Source of the DNA: Candidatus Woesebacteria bacterium
Lineage (GTDB): Bacteria > Patescibacteriota > Saccharimonadia > Saccharimonadales > EFPC-124
Reading direction: 5' to 3'
DNA length: 64,000 nt
Assembly (NCBI GenBank): GCA_050115675.1
Contig: JASFQB010000001.1
Span: 1,352 to 65,351 of the forward strand
A program made the translations under genes and the position numbers. Of the stretch, positions 18,567-26,425 are shown in pieces (the first letter of the stretch is position 1; the number at the start of each line of letters is the position of its first letter). The notes under the pieces were generated by a model. It searched no databases. It was not told the origin of the DNA and saw only the letters and a program-made list of their open reading frames with translations.

Positions 18567-20180
18567 GTGGCATACAGTATGAAAATTCCATTTTTTAATC
18601 TTAAGCAAACAGTTCAATCACAATTAACCAAGGCCACTGGAGGCTTTGGCGCTAAAGCGTCGCCAGATGAGCTTTTGGGCGAGTTGTTTCAAGATGTACA
18701 GCTAAGGAGAATTTATCCTGATGGCATGACTTTTGTAGATTTAGTTCCTGCCAATAAATTACGCAAGGTATTAAGGGCGTACGAATTGCAGCGTCAAAGT
18801 CCTGAATTTAATTTGCATGAGTTTGTTCAAAAATATTTTAAACAGTATTTGTCGCAAGCTCACGACTACAAAACTAATCCAGACCACACTATAAAGCAAC
18901 ATATAAACGAGCTTTGGAATGTGTTAACCCGTGAAAACTACACTGGCAAGGGCTCGTTGGTTGCTTTGCCGCATCCATATATTGTGCCAGGCGGACGTTT
19001 TAGTGCTCAGTGGTATTGGGATACGTATTTTACAATGCTAGGGCTTGCAGCAAGCGGTAGATGGGATTTGATAGAGGGTATGGTTAAGAACTTTGCGTTT
19101 TTAATTCGCAAATTTGGCTATATTCCGAGTGGTAATCGCACTTACTATGTTGGCCGTTCGCAACCACCGTTTTTTTCGCACATGGTTTGTTTATTGGCCG
19201 AAAAGGAGGGTAAAAGTACGCTGGTAAAATATTTGCCGTACATGCTGGTAGAGCAGCGTTTTTGGATGAAGGGCTATAAGCAGTTGCATGCGCTAGCGCC
19301 TGCATATCGTCGTGTAGTACGTATGCCTGATGGCAGTGTTTTAAACAGATATTACGACAACAAACGCACGCCGCGCCCAGAGTCCTACAAAGAAGACGTA
19401 GATACCGCCCTAAAAGCTCCAGAGCGTATTGCAAGCCAGGTTTATCTTGACTTGCGTGCGGCTGCAGAATCTGGCTGGGATTTTTCTTCAAGATGGCTTA
19501 AGGACGCAAATGATCTGTCTAGTATTCATACAACAGATATTATCCCTGTTGATTTAAACTGCCTAATGGTTCAGCTAGAGCAGGCTATTGCCAGCACATA
19601 CAAGATGCTTAAGCAGCCTTTACTGGTTCGTCGTTTTAAACAAAAGGCAGAGGCCAGAATCGCAGCAATTAATAAATATTGCTGGTCGCCCGAAAAAGGT
19701 TTTTACTTTGATTACGACTTTGTTGCAAAAACGCAAACTCCACACTACAGTCTAGTAGCTGCCTTTCCGCTATATGCAAAGATAGCTACGCAAAAACAGG
19801 CAGACAGCGTAGCAAAGGTTTTAAAAGAAAAGTTTTTGAAAGATGGTGGACTTGTAACTACGCCAACTAATAGTGGTCAACAGTGGGATAGTCCAAATGG
19901 CTGGTCTGCTTTACAGTGGGTTGCAATTGTAGGTTTGCGTAATTATGGTCACAATGATCTTGCAGAAGAAATTAAAAAACGGTGGATAGCGACAAACGAA
20001 GCAATTTATAAAACAGAAGGTAAACTGGTAGAAAAATACAACGTAGAGCACGTCGGTCATGTTGCAGGAGGTGGCGAGTACCTTTTGCAGGATGGCTTTG
20101 GCATGACAAACGGCGTGCTAATGGCTTTGCTATGTGAAGATAATTTGCAAAACAAGCAAGGCTGTAAAAAACACGGATAA
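18567..20180 (+). CDS. treF: Alpha,alpha-trehalase (GH37), apparently cytoplasmic
   Basis: Both GH37 signatures are present (PGGRFSAQWYWDTYF and QWDSPNGWSALQW). No signal peptide was seen. The start may be ATG 18579. Confidence 0.85.
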   Translation: MAYSMKIPFFNLKQTVQSQLTKATGGFGAKASPDELLGELFQDVQLRRIYPDGMTFVDLVPANKLRKVLRAYELQRQSPEFNLHEFVQKYFKQYLSQAHDYKTNPDHTIKQHINELWNVLTRENYTGKGSLVALPHPYIVPGGRFSAQWYWDTYFTMLGLAASGRWDLIEGMVKNFAFLIRKFGYIPSGNRTYYVGRSQPPFFSHMVCLLAEKEGKSTLVKYLPYMLVEQRFWMKGYKQLHALAPAYRRVVRMPDGSVLNRYYDNKRTPRPESYKEDVDTALKAPERIASQVYLDLRAAAESGWDFSSRWLKDANDLSSIHTTDIIPVDLNCLMVQLEQAIASTYKMLKQPLLVRRFKQKAEARIAAINKYCWSPEKGFYFDYDFVAKTQTPHYSLVAAFPLYAKIATQKQADSVAKVLKEKFLKDGGLVTTPTNSGQQWDSPNGWSALQWVAIVGLRNYGHNDLAEEIKKRWIATNEAIYKTEGKLVEKYNVEHVGHVAGGGEYLLQDGFGMTNGVLMALLCEDNLQNKQGCKKHG

Positions 20181-20239
20181 AACTAACCAACTTGTTAACG
20201 GTTCGTACTTCTTTTATACTTAAAACAAAGAATGCAAAA

Positions 20240-20635
20240 ATGAAAAACCGACTAAAATCATTAATCACCCTAAACAACGGCGTACTGTTAGTGGCGGCTT
20301 TAATAACTTTTAGCTGGGTGTGGGGAAGTGTAGAGGCAATAGGTCGTAACTTTGCATTGCAGCAGCAGGTAGATACGCTGTCTCAAGAGGTAGAATATTA
20401 CAGTTTGCAAAACGAAACGTTAGAATTCCAGCAAAAATATTATCAAACAAACGAGTTTTTAGAGCTGAGTGCGCGAGAGCGCTTAAATAAAGCAAGTGAT
20501 GGCGAAAAAGTTTTGGTTTTGCAAAAAAATACTGTATCAGCAAAAGAAGAAGGGGCTCAAGCAACCCCTACAGATACCGAACAGCGAAGCAATATTGAGC
20601 AATGGCTTTATTTTTTGTTTGCGAACAAGAAGTAA
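20240..20635 (+). CDS. Septum-formation initiator family protein (FtsB/DivIC-like)
   Basis: Short basic N-terminus, one TM helix and a coiled coil (LQQQVDTLSQEVEYYSLQNETLEFQQKY...ARERL). Confidence 0.65.
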   Translation: MKNRLKSLITLNNGVLLVAALITFSWVWGSVEAIGRNFALQQQVDTLSQEVEYYSLQNETLEFQQKYYQTNEFLELSARERLNKASDGEKVLVLQKNTVSAKEEGAQATPTDTEQRSNIEQWLYFLFANKK

Positions 20636-20725
20636 TTATTGTAAAAATATATTATCGTGCTATAATGTCACGGTTGGCAAAAGGCAGTCGGGTTTTTTGC
20701 CTTGCTAGAGAAAGCGAGGAGTCCA

Positions 20726-21568
20726 GTGAGACTTCTTGGTAAAATGCGGCCAATTGGCTGCGTCGTAATTGCATTCTCGCTTGTGGCTGGCGTAATCGGA
20801 TGTGGTTCGCCCGACACGGACTACGATGATGACTACGCCAGTGTTAGCGTGGAGGGCATTTCGCCAGACGTCTTCGTGGATACTGCTGGGAATGCTTGGT
20901 GCGTCTACCCAGACGACATGGACGAGCTGGATGGCGTTGACGGCATTGTCAATGACGCCATTGTCGGCGCCTACTGTGGCGAGGTTTTCGACAGCATGGG
21001 CAACCCCGTTGCTCAGCAGTACTGGGTTGAGGCCGATGAACCAGACAACTTTGTTGATACCGATACATCGATGTCGACACTGCTTTGGATCTACTACCTC
21101 ACGTACCTGAACGACTGGTACCTTTCGGCGATGTTTATGAACGCCTACATGCCAAGCCACGTGCACAGCGCGTACAAGACAAAACATAGTGGGTACTCTA
21201 CTAAGTACTCTGTTCAGGTTAACAGGTATGCGCCTTTGGGTGCTTACCACACCAGAAGGGGAGTGTATGTTGCTCGAGATCAGCTTAACAGTGGCAAGTA
21301 CAAGATTGCTCCTGCTCGCTGCAAGCTTGTTGCTTACGATGGTGAAGGTGTGCAGTTTGCCCCCGCGGCACTGCAAGCTACTACTAAGCCAAGGGTGCCA
21401 ACCAAGCCCAAACCGAAGGTGACGACAAAACCGAAGACTGTAGCGCCGCCCAAAACGACAGCTCGGGCAACGCAACCAACGGCTGTGACCGGTACCAAGC
21501 CGTCCAATGGTCCAAGCACTAAGTCTACGTACGTTGCTCCTAATGTGAGTGCGACAAAGGCTTGTTAA
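20726..21568 (+). CDS. Lipoprotein with acidic N-domain and Pro/Thr/Lys-rich C-terminal tail, GC-elevated
   Basis: Lipobox LVAGVIGC, GAGGAG SD before GTG 20726, and a PTKPKPKVTTKPKTVAPPKTT tail. Confidence 0.65.
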   Translation: MRLLGKMRPIGCVVIAFSLVAGVIGCGSPDTDYDDDYASVSVEGISPDVFVDTAGNAWCVYPDDMDELDGVDGIVNDAIVGAYCGEVFDSMGNPVAQQYWVEADEPDNFVDTDTSMSTLLWIYYLTYLNDWYLSAMFMNAYMPSHVHSAYKTKHSGYSTKYSVQVNRYAPLGAYHTRRGVYVARDQLNSGKYKIAPARCKLVAYDGEGVQFAPAALQATTKPRVPTKPKPKVTTKPKTVAPPKTTARATQPTAVTGTKPSNGPSTKSTYVAPNVSATKAC

Positions 21569-21579
21569 ACGCAGTTAAG

Positions 21580-21616
21580 CCCTGCATCGACTTGTTCGAT
21601 GCAGGGTATTTTTTTG
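21580..21616 (+). terminator. Intrinsic terminator (ccctgcatcga...tcgatgcaggg + T7)
   Basis: 11-bp stem followed by a long T-run. Confidence 0.8.
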
Positions 21617-21715
21617 TTTTTAAGTAGTATACGGCCTTAAGTGTTTACTTTATCGTAAAAAATGTTATTATACATTAAGCACTGTTTGTCTCAACTGAAC
21701 TTTTTGGAGGCAGTG

Positions 21716-22111
21716 ATGATTCCGAGCGGTAACCCGAGTTGGACCGAAGCTGCGCGCCGCGCGCGAGCTGCGCAAAAAGCACCCACGCCTGTTGAATCCA
21801 GTCTTACAGAGCGACAGAAGGCAGCAAAGCTGCTGGAGCTTTTCATGCAAGAGCAGGGTGATGCTGCGATGACACTATTGAGGGCTACGAATAAGGCGGT
21901 TGTCTTTGGCGGTGGCATTTCATCGCAGACTGTCTGGCTGGATGGCAATGGACTTTGCTCTTCAGGCGGGCTGGTGACTGGCGGTAATGTTACGCCTCCA
22001 GAAGCTGTTATGGCGTACATGTCGAGTCACGAATCCGAGCAGTTTTCTGCCGAAGCATTCATTGAATGGCTTCGTAAGCAAATTGATGATATTGCAAAGC
22101 AGGTTAGCTGA
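21716..22111 (+). CDS. Hypothetical protein (131 aa), GC-elevated
   Basis: GGAGG lies 5 nt before ATG 21716. A terminator-like GC hairpin follows at 22128-22154. Confidence 0.5.
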   Translation: MIPSGNPSWTEAARRARAAQKAPTPVESSLTERQKAAKLLELFMQEQGDAAMTLLRATNKAVVFGGGISSQTVWLDGNGLCSSGGLVTGGNVTPPEAVMAYMSSHESEQFSAEAFIEWLRKQIDDIAKQVS

Positions 22112-22165
22112 TTTGCACAGTATTTGTGCCCGCGCCAGAAGTTTTGGCGCGGGCCTTATAAAATA

Positions 22166-22194
22166 TTGACAAAATAATGTCACTTAGGTATTAT
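22166..22194 (+). promoter_or_regulatory. Sigma70-like promoter TTGACA-17-TATTAT upstream of tRNA-fMet
   Basis: Consensus -35 with a 17-nt spacer, 35 nt before the tRNA 5' end. Confidence 0.5.
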
Positions 22195-22228
22195 AATTAG
22201 GAGTTAATATGTAGTTTAGCTCTGTTAT

Positions 22229-22305
22229 CGCGGGGTAGAGCAGTCTGGCAGCTCGCTTGGCTCATAACCAAGAGGTCGTAGGTTCAAATCCTACCCCCGC
22301 TACCA
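22229..22305 (+). tRNA. Initiator-type tRNA-fMet (anticodon CAT), CCA encoded
   Basis: 5' CGCGGGG and 3' CCCCGCT-A-CCA give an unpaired position 1-72 (C1xU72), the bacterial initiator hallmark. The anticodon loop is CTCATAA and the T arm is GTAGG-TTCAAAT-CCTAC. Confidence 0.9.
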
Positions 22306-22340
22306 AGAAAAGACGATCACATCTGTGGTCGTTTTTTCTT
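22281..22340 (+). repeat. Direct repeat copy 1: last 25 nt of tRNA-fMet (from the T-stem/T-loop on) plus 35 nt including its terminator
   Basis: 60/60 identical to 22456-22515. Confidence 0.95.
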
Positions 22341-22455
22341 TCTGGATAAGGGTTTGAACCTACGACCGTAGGCATTAACTGCCTGTGGCAGTTAATGTTT
22401 TCGTACTTAACGCTCGAGTGGAGGGCCTGCCCAAACGAGAGGAAAAGTGTTAAAG
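22341..22455. other. 115-bp insert between the tRNA-fMet 3'-end direct repeats
   Basis: It carries an inverted 18/19 copy of the tRNA variable/T-arm segment (22349-22367 versus 22274-22292). This is followed by a perfect 11-bp hairpin CATTAACTGCC-tgt-GGCAGTTAATG (22373-22397) and TTTT. No ORF is present. Confidence 0.85.
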
Positions 22456-22515
22456 GGTTCAAATCCTACCCCCGCTACCAAGAAAAGACGATCACATCTG
22501 TGGTCGTTTTTTCTT
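22456..22515 (+). repeat. Direct repeat copy 2 (orphan tRNA-fMet 3' fragment plus terminator)
   Basis: 60/60 identical to 22281-22340. The upstream sequence cannot complete a cloverleaf. Confidence 0.95.
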
Positions 22516-22520
22516 AAAAG

Positions 22521-22549
22521 TTGACAATTGTTATAAAAACAATTATAAT
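22521..22549 (+). promoter_or_regulatory. Perfect consensus sigma70 promoter TTGACA-17-TATAAT
   Basis: Exact hexamers with an exact 17-nt spacer, starting 6 nt after repeat copy 2. Confidence 0.7.
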
Positions 22550-22586
22550 TTCACGGTCATCTTTTGTTGTAGGATGGGAGTTCGAG

Positions 22587-23018
22587 ATGGGACAGATTAC
22601 GCCACGTGTCATAATTCAGATGACACACGAGAGTCAGAATGCACCTCATCGCTCACCAGAATGGGTTAAGATTATTAAGGCTGCCCAAGTTGAGGTTGAT
22701 CGTCCACCCGTAGGCAGGTCGATTTACGAGCTTGAGTGTGTGCAGGATGGCTGCCATAAGATTGAAACCGTAAAAGTTCTAAGTTTGGCTTCTGCGCAAC
22801 GTTGGCGCATGATGATGAACATTTTTGGCATTCTGGTGGCTGTGACGGGGGCTGCGCTAACCGTGGTGGGCCTAATCGACACAAAATTGATGTTTATCGG
22901 ATCAATTCCTGTGCTTGGATTTGGATTTTACTTGCTTCGTAGGGCCAGGCGCTACACTGGTATTGCTACTGGACGTGGGACTGATGAAGATCACTTGATC
23001 TTTTCTTGGAACATCTGA
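22587..23018 (+). CDS. Hypothetical membrane protein (2 TM helices)
   Basis: ATG 22587. The tracked TTG 22521 lies inside the promoter hexamer and is rejected. A terminator hairpin lies at 23025-23050. Confidence 0.5.
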   Translation: MGQITPRVIIQMTHESQNAPHRSPEWVKIIKAAQVEVDRPPVGRSIYELECVQDGCHKIETVKVLSLASAQRWRMMMNIFGILVAVTGAALTVVGLIDTKLMFIGSIPVLGFGFYLLRRARRYTGIATGRGTDEDHLIFSWNI

Positions 23019-23070
23019 ATGTAAAGCGGCGAGCTAATTATGGCTCGCCGCGTTTAAATTTTAAACTTTT

Positions 23071-24444
23071 TTAACGCATAACTTTATTGCAGGCTGTGCG
23101 TATGGCTTCGCTCCAGGTTGGAAATGCGTGAATTGTGTTGGCTATGTCTGCAGCGGTCATGCGATGCTGTATTGCTAGGGTAAGTTCGTGAATCATCTCT
23201 GTTGCGCCAGGGCAAACAATGGTTGCGCCAATTAGCTGATCGTCTTTGTTGGTAATTACTTTTACAAAACCAGCGTCGTTATTGGTGGTGTTTGATCGGC
23301 CAATGATTGAGATAGGCACAACGGCTTTTTTAGTGCGAAGATCGCGTTTTATGCATTCGTCTTCGCTAACGCCCACAGACGCTACCTCTGGAGTGGTGTA
23401 TGTACAGCGAGGAACTGCTCTGTAATCTGCGGCAATTTTTTGCTTGTGCAATATGTTATTGGCTGCGAGTCTGCTTTGGTAAATTGCCATGTGCGTGTAC
23501 ATATACGGACCAACTACATCGCCCGCAGCATAAATGTTTTTGGCTGAGGTTTGCATATATTCGTTGGTTATGATGCCGCGAGGAGTGTAGTCTACTTTGG
23601 CATTTTCTAGCCCAATATCAACGTTGGCTGTTTTGCCTGTGGCTATCAAAATTTCGTCTACTTTTACAGATTTTACCCCTGTTCCTTGCTGGTATGTGAC
23701 TCGTTTGGTTATGCCGTCTTTAGCTACCTTTATGACTTTTGTGTTGGTTAGTACGGTCATGCCGCGTTTAGTTTCAAACTCTTCGCGGAGCAGTTCGCCA
23801 ACTTCTTCGTCTTCTTTGTTTAAGATTCGCGAGGTCATGTCAGATAGGTAAACTTTTGTGCCAAAAATGGCAAAAAGCTCGGCAAATTCGCAGCCAGTTG
23901 GGCCTGAGCCAATAATAAATATTGATTTTGGTGGGCGAGTGAGGTTCGTGGCTTCTTTAAAAGTTATGTATCCGCATTTTTGAAGGCCGTCAATTGGAGG
24001 AATGTAGGTTGAGGTGCCCGTGGCGATCAAAAAGTTTTCGGCGGTGTAGTGGCGGCGATTAACTGTGATTTCGTGCGGGCTTACAAAATGGGCTGCACCA
24101 CTGTAGACCTTAATTCCTTCATTTTCGTAAGCGCGTTTGCCTTGTGCGGTGCCTGTTCTGTAGACTGCTAAGTCTTTCCAGGCTTTTATGGACGGATAAT
24201 TGTAACTTAATGCGCCAGATCTAATGCCAAATTGCTGTCCGCGTTTGGCTTGGTCGTATATTGTTGCAGCATGAATTAGCGCTTTTGTGGGAATGCAACC
24301 CCAGTTAGGGCACTCTCCGCCTATTTCGGTAGCTTCTATGATTGCTACTTTTTTGCTAGCTGCAGCGGCAATGTGCGCAGCTACGCTGCCACCGCCACCT
24401 GTACCCAGTATTATTAAGTCAAAATCGTATTTTTGCTTTGCCAT
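23071..24444 (-). CDS. Class I FAD-dependent pyridine nucleotide-disulfide oxidoreductase (dihydrolipoamide dehydrogenase / mercuric-reductase-like)
   Basis: GTGGGG dinucleotide fold, redox-active GGECPNWGCIPTK (C-x4-C) and the C-terminal interface motif HAFPTWSE. Confidence 0.85.
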   Translation of the reverse strand: MAKQKYDFDLIILGTGGGGSVAAHIAAAASKKVAIIEATEIGGECPNWGCIPTKALIHAATIYDQAKRGQQFGIRSGALSYNYPSIKAWKDLAVYRTGTAQGKRAYENEGIKVYSGAAHFVSPHEITVNRRHYTAENFLIATGTSTYIPPIDGLQKCGYITFKEATNLTRPPKSIFIIGSGPTGCEFAELFAIFGTKVYLSDMTSRILNKEDEEVGELLREEFETKRGMTVLTNTKVIKVAKDGITKRVTYQQGTGVKSVKVDEILIATGKTANVDIGLENAKVDYTPRGIITNEYMQTSAKNIYAAGDVVGPYMYTHMAIYQSRLAANNILHKQKIAADYRAVPRCTYTTPEVASVGVSEDECIKRDLRTKKAVVPISIIGRSNTTNNDAGFVKVITNKDDQLIGATIVCPGATEMIHELTLAIQHRMTAADIANTIHAFPTWSEAIRTACNKVMR

Positions 24445-24453
24445 GTTTGTCCC

Positions 24454-24723
24454 CTATGATATTACTCGATGATGCTTGTAAAGGTATGCTGCGTTTGGAT
24501 TGTATATTCCCAGATGTTCGGCAGCCTTGCGACGAATGTCGGCAGATGTAACCTCGCTCTTGCCAAGCAGCCAAGGTTTTACATCTTTGCATACGTGATC
24601 TGCGGTAATTTCAGCCTCACCTTGCGGGGCTCGTACGCTTAAACAGATTGCATAAATACTGGCGTATAGTTTGCGTTCGTCGTATGGTTCGTTGTGCTCT
24701 GGTGATCTTTTTACTATGTTCAT
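24454..24723 (-). CDS. Stand-alone ATP-cone domain protein
   Basis: 89 aa. IVKRSPEHNEPYDERKLYASI...AAYLYKHH fits the ATP-cone pattern V-KR-G-x-E-x-F-D-x-x-K...Y. Confidence 0.65.
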   Translation of the reverse strand: MNIVKRSPEHNEPYDERKLYASIYAICLSVRAPQGEAEITADHVCKDVKPWLLGKSEVTSADIRRKAAEHLGIYNPNAAYLYKHHRVIS

Positions 24724-24724
24724 T

Positions 24725-25423
24725 TTAGTTAAAATTTAATGCGCCGTTGGCTATTAGTATTAATATCCAGCCTAAAATTATTAGCAGTATGCCTATTGCT
24801 AGGCGAACTTTAGCCTTACTAGATTCTTTCCATTTATGTATATGGCTAAGTGTAACTCCACTGGCTGCTAGCGCCAAGATAATTGCTAGCGGCAAGATAA
24901 ATATTATGTTGTACAAAATTAGCATCCAAAAAGAATTAATGCTAAAACTGCTGTGCAATATTGTAACTATGGCAAGATATGGTGCACCGGTGCATGGGAT
25001 TTCTATGACTGTAACAATTACGCCCAATATGGCAATTCCAATTAGGGTTGCGTTGGCAGAGTAGTGCTGAACTTTTTTAACAAAGTTGTGCGACAGGTGT
25101 ATACTAATTCCTTTGCCGTACCAAAAATAGTCTTTTATCTCTAACAAGCCTGCAATTACAACCAGCAGGCCAATGGCGATAGATAGGTATTGACCTATTG
25201 CTAAAGGTATTGCCGATAGTAAAAATGTTAAAACCAGGCCTGTCGACAGGTAAGTGACAAAAACTGCAGTTATATATGTACATCCAAGTAAAATCAATTG
25301 ATTGGTAGACTTGCCAAGTCCTAAGATGATCGATAGTAGCAATACTAAAACTCCAATTAAACAGGGGTTAATAGAATCAATCAAAGCCGACACAAACACC
25401 AATGCCAATGTTGGAAAATCCAT
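24725..25423 (-). CDS. ccdA: CcdA/DsbD-family transmembrane thiol-disulfide electron transporter
   Basis: Polytopic protein with conserved Cys in SINPC and IPCTGAPY. GGGAGG SD, and the ATG at 25423 overlaps the upstream stop by 1 nt. Confidence 0.8.
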   Translation of the reverse strand: MDFPTLALVFVSALIDSINPCLIGVLVLLLSIILGLGKSTNQLILLGCTYITAVFVTYLSTGLVLTFLLSAIPLAIGQYLSIAIGLLVVIAGLLEIKDYFWYGKGISIHLSHNFVKKVQHYSANATLIGIAILGVIVTVIEIPCTGAPYLAIVTILHSSFSINSFWMLILYNIIFILPLAIILALAASGVTLSHIHKWKESSKAKVRLAIGILLIILGWILILIANGALNFN

Positions 25424-26328
25424 TAAAATTCCTCCCATATCGTGCAAGTGTCTCTTTTTGTAGCGCGTACGCCAAACAGGCCACAGCGATTTTTATCTTT
25501 TGTGCCGTAGCTATTGCAGAGCTTGTCGGTTTTGTCCTGTTTTGGGCCAAATTCTACAATTATGCAGTCGCCAGGAGGGGATTGGTTGTAATGGGATATT
25601 TCGTAATCTTGGGGGGTGCTAATTTTTGTTTGTGTGTAGGTGTCGTTGTTTTTGTTAAATCTAAAGGTGTAAATTTGCACTTCAGACGGCTCGCTGCCGC
25701 AGTTTTGACCACTTGTAAAAGTGGCGTAGGTGCCATCTTTTTTGGTTGATATGTTGTTTGCAATCATGCCAGGTTGGGTGGATGTTAGCCCGTCGCCATC
25801 TACCGTGTCTTCAAAATAATTCTCGTCATTTAGAGGTAGTGTAAAAGAGTTGGCATTCATGCTACCACCGATAGAACTCATAAACTTAGACAAACTGGCA
25901 TCTTGTGGCAAATCTATTGGGGTTCCGGTGTAGTGGATTTTTCCGTCATTTTGCTCGTACATTGTAGATGTACCAATTCGGTTATTTAACAAACCTCTCG
26001 GGTCGCGAATTTCTAGCTGATTGCCGCAAGCCCAAAATTCTATATCTGCACTCCATCTAACAGGGCCACCAGTTGCCGAGACGGCATTTAAGTAGACCGT
26101 AGATCCACCTATTGTAAGTGTTGTTCCCATCGAAACTACAGCAATAAGTACAAACAAAAACATTTTAGATTTTGGCCATCTTTTGTTAATAAAAGCGGAT
26201 GCTATCACTAAAACGACCAAGCAAATGCCAGCGCCAATAACTGCAGTTACGCAAAAATCGTCTATGGCTTTTTGCAGATCTGTCACAGCGAGACTCGTGA
26301 AAGAAGAAAATATTATCGATGTGTTCAT
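25423..26328 (-). CDS. Membrane-anchored, Cys-containing extracytoplasmic protein, function unknown
   Basis: N-terminal TM helices, then a Thr/Asn/Gly-rich domain with scattered Cys. Translationally coupled to ccdA. Confidence 0.55.
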   Translation of the reverse strand: MNTSIIFSSFTSLAVTDLQKAIDDFCVTAVIGAGICLVVLVIASAFINKRWPKSKMFLFVLIAVVSMGTTLTIGGSTVYLNAVSATGGPVRWSADIEFWACGNQLEIRDPRGLLNNRIGTSTMYEQNDGKIHYTGTPIDLPQDASLSKFMSSIGGSMNANSFTLPLNDENYFEDTVDGDGLTSTQPGMIANNISTKKDGTYATFTSGQNCGSEPSEVQIYTFRFNKNNDTYTQTKISTPQDYEISHYNQSPPGDCIIVEFGPKQDKTDKLCNSYGTKDKNRCGLFGVRATKRDTCTIWEEF

Positions 26329-26425
26329 TTTTTATTTTTTGCTTAAGCTTATAATAATTTTACTGCACATTGTAAAAAATACAAAGGGCAGCACTTGGCG
26401 ATGCAAGTGCTGCCTTGTAGAGCTT

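Noticed and set aside
20705-21475. 256-aa minus-strand ORF antisense to the lipoprotein gene, along with smaller ORFs at 20802-21110, 21189-21422 and 21334-21519
   Set aside because: These are shadow ORFs produced by the elevated GC of the region. The plus-strand frame has an SD, a lipobox signal peptide and a terminator. The antisense frame has no SD and its composition is Arg/Ser/Val-rich and nonsensical.
22341-22470. The minus strand of the tRNA-flanked inserts as complete, unusual tRNA genes (also considered for 54900-55050)
   Set aside because: Only a variable-loop/T-stem/T-loop-like piece is present. There is no 3' T-stem strand, no matching acceptor stem and no CCA context. The adjacent hairpins (8-11 bp stems with 3-nt loops) are not anticodon arms.
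22281-22515. CRISPR array or other multi-copy repeat array (also considered at 54845-55084)
   Set aside because: There are only two copies per locus. The repeats are 55-60 bp of tRNA-plus-terminator sequence and differ between loci. No cas genes are present in the window.
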